Part shown: positions 9,648 through 18,991 of the stretch, piece after piece
Numbering within the stretch: position 1 is the stretch's first letter
Layout of the letters: each line of letters starts with the position of its first letter
Origin: an uncultured Gammaproteobacteria bacterium
Lineage (GTDB): Bacteria > Pseudomonadota > Gammaproteobacteria > Steroidobacterales > Rariloculaceae
Assembly: GCA_964465375.1 (NCBI GenBank)
Contig: CAYXIJ010000006.1
Span: forward strand, 17,126-81,125
Length of the DNA stretch: 64,000 bases
Direction of reading: 5' to 3'
Translations under genes and position numbers: made by a program
The notes under the pieces: generated by a model
The model's input: only the letters and a program-made list of their open reading frames with translations
Databases searched by the model: none
What the model was told of the DNA's origin: nothing

Positions 9648-10175
9648 GTGCAAAAATTTTGTCTCTCCCACCAAAAGAGGAGCCGTGCCATAACACAACT
9701 TTACTGGGATACGCTGGAATCACCACTGGGAAAGCTGTCCGCGGTGGTTGATGATAAAGAACAAGTGGTTGCACTGAGTATTAGCGGGCAAAAACCCAAA
9801 GGAAAACAAAGCAAAAAACACTGCGCAGAGGTAGTTAAGCAACTGACGCAATATTTTTCCGGCCACCGTAAAACTTTTGAGCTTCGACTGAAACCCCAAG
9901 GTACCGTTTTCCAGCGTCGGGTATGGCAAGCATTAACCAAAATTCCCTATGGGGAGATGTGTGGCTACGGTGATCTTGCCCGAAATATAGAAAAGCCTGG
10001 CGCCGCCCGCGCTGTTGGTCAAGCCAATGGGGCAAACCCTATCCCGATCATTATTCCATGTCACCGGGTGATCGCCGGAGACGGGTCTATCGGTGGTTAC
10101 ACCGGCGGATTAAACAAAAAGAAAATTCTTCTGGCACTGGAGCTGGCACACTCGAATTCTTCACAAAAACCATGA
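9648..10175 (+). CDS. ogt: Methylated-DNA--protein-cysteine methyltransferase
   Basis: It carries the active-site motif IPCHRVI preceded by GQANGANPIPIIIP. It has a GTG start. Confidence 0.85.
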   Translation: MQKFCLSHQKRSRAITQLYWDTLESPLGKLSAVVDDKEQVVALSISGQKPKGKQSKKHCAEVVKQLTQYFSGHRKTFELRLKPQGTVFQRRVWQALTKIPYGEMCGYGDLARNIEKPGAARAVGQANGANPIPIIIPCHRVIAGDGSIGGYTGGLNKKKILLALELAHSNSSQKP

Positions 10176-10561
10176 CCAGGCCACTGCAATGCTACCAATG
10201 CGGCGCATCGCTTGAAAAACTATCATTACCGTTGCGTCGCCTTGATGAATGCCCGAAGTGTCTCCGGGAGCTGCATGCCTGTCGCATGTGCCTGCTCTAC
10301 GATGCGCATCACCCCAAAAATTGCATAGAAGAAGAGGCACCTGAGATCCGTGAATTGGAGCGAGCTAATTTCTGTGATTACTTTAAGCCCAACCCTGATG
10401 CCTACGCACCGGAAAATCTTGAGGCCGAACAGAACGCTCGAGAAAGGCTAGCGAAGCTGTTTTCTGAAGTCGGTAGTGAAACAAATCCTACCGAACAAAA
10501 TACTGGCCCTGATCACGAAAAATCGAGCTGGACGGGAGCGGAAGATCTTTTTAAAAAATAG
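10172..10561 (+). CDS. Cys-rich zinc-ribbon-like protein, unknown function
   Basis: Its ATG overlaps the ogt stop in ATGA (10172-10175). CxxC pairs are present (CYQC, CPKC, CRMC). The listed ORF 10058..10561 begins inside ogt in another frame. Confidence 0.5.
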   Translation: MTRPLQCYQCGASLEKLSLPLRRLDECPKCLRELHACRMCLLYDAHHPKNCIEEEAPEIRELERANFCDYFKPNPDAYAPENLEAEQNARERLAKLFSEVGSETNPTEQNTGPDHEKSSWTGAEDLFKK

Positions 10562-10638
10562 TTTTCAGCACACATGACATCAACGTTGAGGTCTTTAAAC
10601 TATATACTCACACGGGTGGACCATTGGAGCATATAGTT

Positions 10639-11217
10639 ATGCAGAAATTTGTGTTTACAGTCCTAGTTTTGGGGCTTTGCGGCTGTGCTGAACAACCAGT
10701 GTCCCCCGCAAACACAAGCTCGGCGGGACCAGTTGGTCAACAATCAAGAGAGACCGTACTTCAAGTAGTCGATGATTTTTTTGGGCAAGGCGCTCAAGGT
10801 ATGGCAGAGGTGGTCAACAAAGTGTTGGATGACAAAGGACTACCAAGTGCTTATATCAGGGGAGAGGAAGGAGGTGGTGCCGTTGGTATAGGACTGACTT
10901 ACGGCCACGGTGATGTCTACCTTCAAGATGGAACGACGAGCGAGGTGTATTGGTGTAGCCCTTCGCTAGGCTTGGATATCGGTGGCAACGCGGCCAAAAC
11001 CTTCATACTTATATACGGCCTGCCTAGTTTGGATGCGCTGTTCCAGCGCTTTGGCGGAGTCGAAGGTAGCCTGTACTTTGTAGGTGGCGCAGGTGTGAAC
11101 TATAACCGCCATGAAAATATCGAGCTTGCTTCGGTGCGTTTCGGTGTCGGCTGGCGCCAAGGCCTAACTCTCGGCTACATGCGTATATCCCCGGAACGGG
11201 TACCCTTTAGCTGCTGA
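10639..11217 (+). CDS. Probable lipoprotein, DUF1134-like
   Basis: The signal/lipobox-like segment is FTVLVLGLCGC. The body (FFGQGAQGMAEVVNKV..., YIRGEEGGGAVGIGLTYGHG, FGGVEGSLYFVGGAGVNY) resembles DUF1134 as I remember it. Confidence 0.5.
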   Translation: MQKFVFTVLVLGLCGCAEQPVSPANTSSAGPVGQQSRETVLQVVDDFFGQGAQGMAEVVNKVLDDKGLPSAYIRGEEGGGAVGIGLTYGHGDVYLQDGTTSEVYWCSPSLGLDIGGNAAKTFILIYGLPSLDALFQRFGGVEGSLYFVGGAGVNYNRHENIELASVRFGVGWRQGLTLGYMRISPERVPFSC

Positions 11218-11221
11218 ATAT

Positions 11222-12277
11222 CTAGCGATACAGATCCTGCAACGAAGCGAGGTTTTTTGCGCCCGGACACAGGACATCAAACGGCAACTCGTTTAACGGT
11301 AGCGACGTGGTATGGTTAATGCCGTGCATATCAGGCTCTCCCTGGTCTATGTACAGAAGCCCCGTAACGATCTCCCCCTTGCGTTGACGTGCCCGAATAT
11401 AGTCAATGGCAGCGCCTCGATTATGGACGCTATAGTCCTTACTAACCTTCCGGAGCAGGATTCTGCTGCCATCATGCAGTTCCACAGGCATCACATCACC
11501 CCGCTTATAGGAGGCCTTGATCTCTTCGGCTGGGGGTACAAAATCAGCATGCACCGCCGGGTGGAAAAACTGACGAGTATAAGCGTAGCTTTTGGTGGAA
11601 TCTTCGTGATCGTTAAAGGTGACACAGGGCGAAAGAATATCAATCAACCCGAAACCATCGTGTTTTATACCAGCCTTAAGCAGAGGAACTAGTTGATCCT
11701 TGTCCCCAGAAAAACTTCGAGCCACAAAGGTGCCTCCTTGCGCCATTGCCATTTGGACTGGGTCAATGGGCTGCTGCTTATTCATTTCCCCTTTTTTGGC
11801 CTTCGACCCCACATCTGCTGAAGCCGAAAATTGTCCCTTGGTTAGACCATAGACACCATTATTTTCGATGATGTAGAGCATATTGAGATTGCGGCGCACC
11901 GCATGCGAAAACTGACCGAGGCCGATCGATAATGAATCCCCGTCCCCGGATATGCCAAGCAAATACAAGCTTCGGTTTGCAGCACTTGCCCCCGTGGCAA
12001 TCGAAGGCATTCTGCCATGCACAGCATTAAAACCGTGCGCAGAACTTAGAAAATACGCGGGGGTTTTCGACGAACAGCCTATACCACTCATCTTGGCAAT
12101 CCGGTAAGGAGGCACATCGAGTTCAAAAAAGGCCTGAACGATCGCAGCCGTGATGGAGTCGTGTCCGCAACCCGCGCATAAGGTCGACATACTACCCTCG
12201 TAGTCCCTGATAGTAAGGCCCAACGCATTTCTTTGAAGGCCGCCATGTACAATTTTAGGTTTAACAATATAGGTCAT
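11222..12277 (-). CDS. korB: 2-oxoacid:acceptor (ferredoxin) oxidoreductase, beta (TPP-binding) subunit
   Basis: It has the Cys ligand region CAGCGHDS and the TPP motif GISGDGDSLSIG...IIENNGVYGLTKGQ. Its start overlaps the korA stop by 4 nt (12274-12277). Confidence 0.85.
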   Translation of the reverse strand: MTYIVKPKIVHGGLQRNALGLTIRDYEGSMSTLCAGCGHDSITAAIVQAFFELDVPPYRIAKMSGIGCSSKTPAYFLSSAHGFNAVHGRMPSIATGASAANRSLYLLGISGDGDSLSIGLGQFSHAVRRNLNMLYIIENNGVYGLTKGQFSASADVGSKAKKGEMNKQQPIDPVQMAMAQGGTFVARSFSGDKDQLVPLLKAGIKHDGFGLIDILSPCVTFNDHEDSTKSYAYTRQFFHPAVHADFVPPAEEIKASYKRGDVMPVELHDGSRILLRKVSKDYSVHNRGAAIDYIRARQRKGEIVTGLLYIDQGEPDMHGINHTTSLPLNELPFDVLCPGAKNLASLQDLYR

Positions 12278-14097
12278 GCTGCCTCTCCTTGGGACACAGC
12301 CTGTTCAATCGCTGCGACTATACAGCTCGAATCAATAGGAAGGCCACTGTAGTGAAGTATCGACTGCATGCGCTGTTTTGGATAATCCGTTTCCAGGCAT
12401 AAAAGACTTTTGAGTTGTGCATCTCGATTTTGCTCAACGACAAACACACGCTCATGCTTACGCAAGAAATTAGTCACCTTCTTGCCAAATGGAAATGCCT
12501 TCACGCACATATAATTCAAGTAGATCCCCCCACCGGAAAGACGATCAATGGCCTCCTGAACAGCATTATCACAACTGCCTACGGAAACAATCGCATATTG
12601 AGTGGCCTTACGTGTCCTCCTAATATAGGGTTTAGGCACTAATTTTTTGGCCGTTCCCCATTTGAGCATGAGCCGATCAATAACCTGCTGATACTCAGTA
12701 GCATCCTCCGTGTAACCACCATATTGATTGTGACCAGACCCGCGCACAAAATAGGCGCCGTCGCCATCAATCCCCGGGTAACTCCGATAGGCCACGCCAT
12801 CACCATCCCGATCTAAGTAGCGGAAGAATTTTTCAGCGTTACCCTTAAGAGTTTCTGCGTCAAAAACCTTACCGCGGTCAGGCTTATACTTTGGATCCCA
12901 TCTGAGCTCTTCACACATCCAGTCATTCATTCCTATATCCAAGTCTGAAAGGACAAACACCGGCGTCTGGAGGCGATCAGCCAAATCAAAAGCTACCAAA
13001 GACAATTCAAAGCATTCCTGAGGATTAGATGGAAAAAGAACAACATGCCGGGTATCGCCGTGAGAGGCATAGGCTGCGGCCAACATATCGCCCTGCTGGG
13101 TCCGAGTAGGCATTCCAGTAGAGGGTCCAACACGCTGCACATCAAAAACAACCGCGGGAAGTTCAGCATAGTAGGCAAATCCCAAAAATTCGCTCATCAA
13201 CGAAATCCCGGGGCCGCTGGTAGGGGTAAAGGCCCGTGCCCCATTCCAGGTAGCGCCCAACACAATACCAATCGCGGCCAACTCATCTTCGGCCTGAACT
13301 ACGCAATAATTTCGTTCTCCTGTTTCAGGGTCTTTTCGGAAGCGTTCGCAGAACGCCTTGAACGCGTCCATCAGAGATGTGGACGGAGTGATAGGATACC
13401 AGGCACCAACCGTAGCACCGCTGTACACGCAACCGAGACCAGCCGCAGTATTGCCATCGATCATTATATGGCCACTTGTCTTATCAAGCGCCTTAACCCG
13501 AGTTGGTAGTGGGCACTGAAAATTCTCTCTTGCGTACTCAAAGCCAAGCTCAATTGCTTTCAGATTCGCCCCTATTAGAGATTCCTTGGCAGCAAATGTT
13601 TCCTTCACTAGGGTATGGATTACGTCCAAATCCAAGTCCAAAAGTGCTGCTAAAGCTCCAACATAAGCCATGTTTTTCATTAGAATGCGGGCTCGCACGT
13701 TATCGAAATGCTCGTTGCACATTTTGGCCAACGGGATTCCCAAAACTGTCACACCGCGTCGCGAGAGAGTTTTGTCGCGCGGCCAGGTGGAATCGTAAAT
13801 CAGCGTTCCACCCCTGCTGACTTCTCCTAGGTCCTCTTCATAGGTCTCTGCGTTCATCGCAACCATCACATCGAGATTGCCTGAGCGTGCCAGATAACCA
13901 TCCTTGCTGACCCGAATCTCATACCAAGTAGGGAGCCCCTGGATATTGGATGGAAAGAAATTCTTGCCAGTCACAGGCACCCCCATACGGAAAATCGTCT
14001 TCATCAACAAAGAATTAGCACTCGCGGAACCAGTCCCGTTCACGTTAGCTAACTTGATGGTGAAATCGTTTACCCGGCTTTTTGTCTTTGCTGACAC
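12274..14097 (-). CDS. korA: 2-oxoacid:acceptor oxidoreductase, fused gamma/alpha subunit
   Basis: 607 aa. The N-terminal gamma-like region is IKLANVNGTGSASANS and the alpha region is GNTAAGLGCVYSGATVGAWYPITPST. The GTG start lies 28 nt inside the upstream gene. Confidence 0.85.
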   Translation of the reverse strand: MSAKTKSRVNDFTIKLANVNGTGSASANSLLMKTIFRMGVPVTGKNFFPSNIQGLPTWYEIRVSKDGYLARSGNLDVMVAMNAETYEEDLGEVSRGGTLIYDSTWPRDKTLSRRGVTVLGIPLAKMCNEHFDNVRARILMKNMAYVGALAALLDLDLDVIHTLVKETFAAKESLIGANLKAIELGFEYARENFQCPLPTRVKALDKTSGHIMIDGNTAAGLGCVYSGATVGAWYPITPSTSLMDAFKAFCERFRKDPETGERNYCVVQAEDELAAIGIVLGATWNGARAFTPTSGPGISLMSEFLGFAYYAELPAVVFDVQRVGPSTGMPTRTQQGDMLAAAYASHGDTRHVVLFPSNPQECFELSLVAFDLADRLQTPVFVLSDLDIGMNDWMCEELRWDPKYKPDRGKVFDAETLKGNAEKFFRYLDRDGDGVAYRSYPGIDGDGAYFVRGSGHNQYGGYTEDATEYQQVIDRLMLKWGTAKKLVPKPYIRRTRKATQYAIVSVGSCDNAVQEAIDRLSGGGIYLNYMCVKAFPFGKKVTNFLRKHERVFVVEQNRDAQLKSLLCLETDYPKQRMQSILHYSGLPIDSSCIVAAIEQAVSQGEAA

Positions 14098-15899
14098 AGT
14101 GACTCGTTTTGCTCCGCCTCATCGACGGCATAAGGGATTACCAACGTGGACTTTTGCATGTCCCACGCACCAGTAGGACAACGTTCTGCACACAGCCCGC
14201 AATGTACGCACAGATTCTCGTCCTTGACCATAACACGTGCCGTATGTTTGAGGGGTCCAGAAACATAAAGTGGTTGGTCCGGATTTAACGGCGGTGTCTT
14301 TAGATTTTCTTTTATTTTTTCTTCATCCTCATTCTTGGTGATAGTCAAGCAGTCGACTGGGCAAATATCGATGCAAGCATCGCACTCAATGCACTGCTGC
14401 GCTGTAAAAACAGTTTGAAGATCACAATTCAGACAACGCTCTACTTCAGTCACTACCTGCTCGGTACTAAAACCCAGCTCTACTTCTATGTCGAGCTTTT
14501 TGAATCTCTCTCTCAGATCAACGTGAGGCATGATACGGCGGCCCGAAGGATCATAGTCGTTGCTATAACTCCACTCATGAATACCCATCTTGGCACTTTG
14601 AAGATTCACGCCCCTCGGCAGTCTCTCCGTTAAGGGAAGTCCTTGACAATACTTGTCAATAGAAATCGCAGCTTGGTGTCCATGCTCTACAGCCCAGATA
14701 ATATTTTCAGGGCCAAATGCTGCATCTCCCCCAAAGAAAACACCCGGCTTGGTAGATTCAAAGGTTACACGGTCCACGGTTGGAACCTGCCACTCATCAA
14801 ACTCGATCCCGATATCCCGCTCAATCCAAGGAAAAGCATTGTCCTGCCCGATTGCCAGCACTACATCATCACAGGGGAAAAATGCCTCCCCTACAACCTT
14901 ACTTTGAGTGATACGCCCTTTCTCGTCAATTTCGTACTCCATCTTGTCAAAGTCCATCCCGACCAACTTGCCACCCTTTATTACGAAGGACCTAGGAGAG
15001 TGGTTGACTACAATTTCGACCTTTTCCTCCTCAGCATCCTCCAACTCCCAATCAGACGCCTTAAAAAAAGCTCTTGGTTTCCTGGCCATGACTTTGACTG
15101 ACTTGGCCCCAAGACGCAGAGATGTACGGCAGCAGTCCATGGCCGTATTACCTACACCAATAATTAAAACATTTTTTCCAATGGACTCTGTGTGACCAAA
15201 TGCCACAGACTCCAACCAGAGAATACCGATGTGAATTCGCTCTGACTCATCACGCCCAGGAATACTCAGATCTTTTCCTTTTGGGGCACCACTACCAACG
15301 AACACGGCGTCATAGTCCTCTTTAAGAAGGTCGCGCATGCTTTCTATGGGCGAGTTAAGTCTAAGATCTACGCCCATATCAATAATGTAGCCCATTTCCT
15401 CGTCGAGTACGCTGGCAGGCAACCTAAATGCCGGGATATTGGTGCGCATCAAACCCCCCGATTTACTAAGTGCCTCAAAAATCACACACTCGTAGCCTAA
15501 AGGAAGCAGGTCATTAGCAACTGTCAATGAGGCGCAGCCAGCCCCAACAAGAGCGATCCGCTTACCATTTTTCTTTGTTGGCGCCTGTGGCAACCTATCC
15601 GTGATGTCTTTGCGGTTGTCTGCAATCACCCGCTTTAGACGACAGATCGCGACTGGCTTGTCCTCAACCCGAACTCTCCGGCATGCCGGTTCACAGGGAC
15701 GATCACAGACCCTACCAAGAATACCCGGGAAAACATTAGACTCTCTATTCAGCATATAAGCCTCTGTAAACTCCCCCTGAGCAATCAGGCGGATGTATTG
15801 AGGCACGTCAGTGTGGGCCGGGCAGGCCCACTGGCAATCAACAACCTGGTGGAAGTATTCTGTACCTTCCGTTTTGGTGGGCTTCATGGCAGCAGCCAT
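14070..15899 (-). CDS. GltD-like NAD(P)H-dependent FAD oxidoreductase fused to a C-terminal 2x[4Fe-4S] ferredoxin domain
   Basis: The GltD N-terminal Fe-S region is CPAHTDVPQYI...GRVCDRPCEPAC. Dinucleotide folds are IALVGAGCASL and VLIIGVGNTAMD. The C-terminal motifs are CIECDACIDICP and CVHCGLCAERCP. The ORF opens at TTG 16034, but ATG 15899 (MAAAMKPTK) is preferred. Confidence 0.8.
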   Translation of the reverse strand: MAAAMKPTKTEGTEYFHQVVDCQWACPAHTDVPQYIRLIAQGEFTEAYMLNRESNVFPGILGRVCDRPCEPACRRVRVEDKPVAICRLKRVIADNRKDITDRLPQAPTKKNGKRIALVGAGCASLTVANDLLPLGYECVIFEALSKSGGLMRTNIPAFRLPASVLDEEMGYIIDMGVDLRLNSPIESMRDLLKEDYDAVFVGSGAPKGKDLSIPGRDESERIHIGILWLESVAFGHTESIGKNVLIIGVGNTAMDCCRTSLRLGAKSVKVMARKPRAFFKASDWELEDAEEEKVEIVVNHSPRSFVIKGGKLVGMDFDKMEYEIDEKGRITQSKVVGEAFFPCDDVVLAIGQDNAFPWIERDIGIEFDEWQVPTVDRVTFESTKPGVFFGGDAAFGPENIIWAVEHGHQAAISIDKYCQGLPLTERLPRGVNLQSAKMGIHEWSYSNDYDPSGRRIMPHVDLRERFKKLDIEVELGFSTEQVVTEVERCLNCDLQTVFTAQQCIECDACIDICPVDCLTITKNEDEEKIKENLKTPPLNPDQPLYVSGPLKHTARVMVKDENLCVHCGLCAERCPTGAWDMQKSTLVIPYAVDEAEQNESLCQQRQKAG

Positions 15900-16163
15900 C
15901 TCCGAAAGGCCGAAAGATAGTGGACAGAGTCCCTTGATGTGTTCGTGATGCGCATAGTCATTACGAGATTGGGCGCGCGTATTATAATGCGGAGCGGCGT
16001 GGGGACAAGCGTTTCCAAATATGTCGTTGCCCAAAGCGACCCTATATTTGCCGCTGCTTTTGTGGAGGATTGTTGAAATCTAGCTAATTGTTGTCAAGTC
16101 GCTACTAGAAAGGCCTTTGTAAATAGCGCCGCACACGCATATTCTCCGATAAAGTGAGGTGAA

Positions 16164-17543
16164 ATGGCTCTTCGATCTAAACAAGACAATAAAAGACTTG
16201 GGACCACTTGTCCTGTTCTAGGAGGACTGTGGATTTTGGTCGGATTGCCCTGTATTAGCGCAGCTCAGACTCAGGAAATGATCGACGCAGCAAGTTTGCC
16301 CGCAAAATCCTCGGATCAGACTGAGGCTCCTGGAGCCCCCCTGGAAACCGATCTCAACAGCCGCTTTGAGACACAGTTAGCTTTTGACGACCTCATTAGG
16401 CTAGAACAGTATGTTGAGGCAATCCCTATCGGTCAACGCCTGCTCGAGCTGATTGAGCAAGAAACCGGCCCTGAAAGTGAAGACACTGCCACAATCCTAG
16501 TTGGCCTAGCAGAAGCCGAACGGGTTGCGGGAGTTCATGACTCATCAGAAACTCATTTTCTCCGAGCCATAGAAATCATAAGGTCGACCGATGGAACCTA
16601 TTCTGAGGCCCTGATGAAGCCCCTATTAGGGCTCGGGTCCAACTATCAAGATCGTGGGGATTACCTTGAAGCCAGAGTCGTATTTGAGGAAGCCCGCACA
16701 GTCAACCGAAGAATTTTTGGCCTACTCAATGAAGAGCAAATTGAAATCCTAGACCTCATCTCACAAACACTTTCAAGCATGAACCTCTTTGTAGAGGCCC
16801 ATGAAAAGCAACTAGAAGGACTGAGACTCATGGAACGTAAGCATGGCGAAGACACAATCGAAGTCTTGCCGGCCATCTACAAATACGCACAATGGCTCGG
16901 AGAAAATAGCTTGTATCAAGCAGAACGTGGCCAATACGGTCGGGCCATTTCAATCATTCGCAGAAAACTAAGCAAGGAAAGTGTCTACATGGTGACACCG
17001 CTTCGGGGGACAGGTAATAGCTTCCGAAGACAAAAGCTTGGCGAAGGGCAGGGCTTAAGCTCGCTTAAAAGAGCCCTTGGGATCCTGGAGGCCCAAGAAA
17101 ATATTGACGCTCTTGCCACTGCGCAAACTCTCAGGGACATCGGCGACTGGAATATAGCATTTAGTAAAGTGGGGCCATTTGATGTGGAGTATCGTCGCGC
17201 CTGGAATCTGCTAGCTGATATAGAGAATGGAGAGGAATTGCGGAAAGCATGGTTTGATGAACCAGATTACGTTTTATTTGTGAGTCCCAGTCGCCGGGGT
17301 GTAAGCGTTTTTCAAGGGCCAGATATGGAGCCTGGCCATGTACTTGTTACTTTTGATGTAGATGAGCTCGGGCGTGCATATAACGTAAGCGTATTGGAAT
17401 CAATTCCCCCAGAACTCAAAAACGAGACAGTAATCTCATCGGTCCGGCGTTCCAGATTTAGGCCGCGCTTCGTGGATGGTGAAACTGTTCCGGCCACAGG
17501 ATTGGCCCGTCGCTTCGTTTACTTCTATGAACTTGATGAATGA
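16164..17543 (+). CDS. Exported TPR-repeat protein with TonB C-terminal-like domain
   Basis: GAGGTG lies upstream of the ATG. It has a signal peptide, central TPR-like helical repeats and a C-terminal ~70 aa (GHVLVTFDVDELGRAYNVSVLES...FRPRFVDGETV) fitting the TonB_C pattern. Confidence 0.6.
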   Translation: MALRSKQDNKRLGTTCPVLGGLWILVGLPCISAAQTQEMIDAASLPAKSSDQTEAPGAPLETDLNSRFETQLAFDDLIRLEQYVEAIPIGQRLLELIEQETGPESEDTATILVGLAEAERVAGVHDSSETHFLRAIEIIRSTDGTYSEALMKPLLGLGSNYQDRGDYLEARVVFEEARTVNRRIFGLLNEEQIEILDLISQTLSSMNLFVEAHEKQLEGLRLMERKHGEDTIEVLPAIYKYAQWLGENSLYQAERGQYGRAISIIRRKLSKESVYMVTPLRGTGNSFRRQKLGEGQGLSSLKRALGILEAQENIDALATAQTLRDIGDWNIAFSKVGPFDVEYRRAWNLLADIENGEELRKAWFDEPDYVLFVSPSRRGVSVFQGPDMEPGHVLVTFDVDELGRAYNVSVLESIPPELKNETVISSVRRSRFRPRFVDGETVPATGLARRFVYFYELDE

Positions 17544-18822
17544 TAGGCGGGCACAATACCTGATGAGCCCGCTGACCTGGTTCCGACTAGCAAGGCTACT
17601 ACCGTTTGTATTGATCACACCACAAATCGGAGCCCAGACCGATGATCCAGAGGCGCGTCTTCGATCACTTGCGCTCGCACGGGACGCTCAAATAGTCGTT
17701 GAGGATTTTTCAGGAGCACTGGCCAGCGCGCAAGACCTGGTGAGTTTGCTTGAGGACACGGGCGACCAACGCCTTGCAGGTCACATTGTTCAACTTGCCA
17801 GAGTACAGGCTGAACTCGGTGAGCTCGCAAACGCCGAAGAAAATTATTTGAGGGGGCTGGAGTTACTGGAAGAGCAAGACGGGGAAATCGCTCTAAGCCT
17901 AGTAGGACCGTATCATGGTCTAGCCCGCTCATACATGTATGGTGATCGTCATGACGAGGCAATAACCGTACTAGAGCATGCAAAGGACTTAAATCAGAGG
18001 AATTTGGGCCTTTTCAATTTAGAGCAGACCGAGCTGTTAGACGATATGACTGTTGCCTACCTATCGTTAGGCAATACATTGGAGGCACAACGCATCCAAA
18101 AGGAACGCCTAAGAATTGCGGTTAGGCGCTTTGGCGCTGAGAGCCCGGAGACTATCCCCTTTCTACATCACCTTGGACAATACTACGAATACTCAAGAAT
18201 GAGGGGCCAAGCAAGGGAGCAATATCAGCAAATCCTAGAAGTCCAAGAGGCGAACCCTGACTCAAACGACACCAGTCTTTTGTTTGTCCTGAGAAAGCTC
18301 ATCCTGATTGATCTAGCCCGCAATGAACCGAGTTCGGCTAGGGCTCGCCTGACAGAAATCCTGGATCGCGGTGTGAGTATTCCCCCGATGGAGCGGGTAA
18401 GATCTCTCACTGCGCTGGGCGACTGGGAGATGGGGCACAAGCGGACTGAGGCAGCTCTCGAATACTACCGAGACGGATGGCGGATAATGGAGTCTGAGCT
18501 GGCCCTGGATCCCCAAAACTTTTACAGTGAACCTGTCCCCATCAGTTTCATCGTGCCCCTTGGCCCAGTCGATATGCGGCGTCGACAAGATTCATACGCG
18601 TGGGGAAAAATTACCCTCTCCTTTACAGTTTCTGCCGAAGGCCGTGCATATGATGTGCAAATCGTGTCATCAGAGCCTTCGAATCTAATGGACGCGCGGT
18701 ATATCGGCCGGGTCCGAGAAACCTATTTCAGACCACGTCTAATAAACGGCGAACCAACTCTCACTAGCAATGTGCAATTGAGTCATCAGTTTCGTTATTT
18801 TTTCTCACAGAACAAGGAATAG
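17536..18822 (+). CDS. Paralogous exported TPR-repeat protein with TonB C-terminal-like domain
   Basis: It has the same architecture as the upstream gene, with conserved GRAY(N/D)V and FRPR motifs. ATG 17536 overlaps the upstream stop (ATGAATGA); ATG 17563 is an alternative start. Confidence 0.6.
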   Translation: MNDRRAQYLMSPLTWFRLARLLPFVLITPQIGAQTDDPEARLRSLALARDAQIVVEDFSGALASAQDLVSLLEDTGDQRLAGHIVQLARVQAELGELANAEENYLRGLELLEEQDGEIALSLVGPYHGLARSYMYGDRHDEAITVLEHAKDLNQRNLGLFNLEQTELLDDMTVAYLSLGNTLEAQRIQKERLRIAVRRFGAESPETIPFLHHLGQYYEYSRMRGQAREQYQQILEVQEANPDSNDTSLLFVLRKLILIDLARNEPSSARARLTEILDRGVSIPPMERVRSLTALGDWEMGHKRTEAALEYYRDGWRIMESELALDPQNFYSEPVPISFIVPLGPVDMRRRQDSYAWGKITLSFTVSAEGRAYDVQIVSSEPSNLMDARYIGRVRETYFRPRLINGEPTLTSNVQLSHQFRYFFSQNKE

Positions 18823-18991
18823 GCCAAAAATCAGTACACGCCTAACCTATACAATAACAGCGTCTTCGAGGATTTCTTAACCTAATTATTAGAACATAAT
18901 TCTTTTGCGCTGGTGATTTCGCGCCGAAACCGGCAACATTGAGGCAACGGTAGTTCTCCTTTGCAAAAATGAAAGCAAATTGGGTGCGAGC

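Noticed and set aside
15900-16034. A TTG-initiated 45-aa N-terminal extension precedes the GltD-like ORF (MGNDIFGNACPHAAPHYNTRAQ...).
   Set aside because: The extension has no counterpart in GltD-like proteins as I recall them. ATG 15899 gives a family-like N-terminus. The start remains uncertain.
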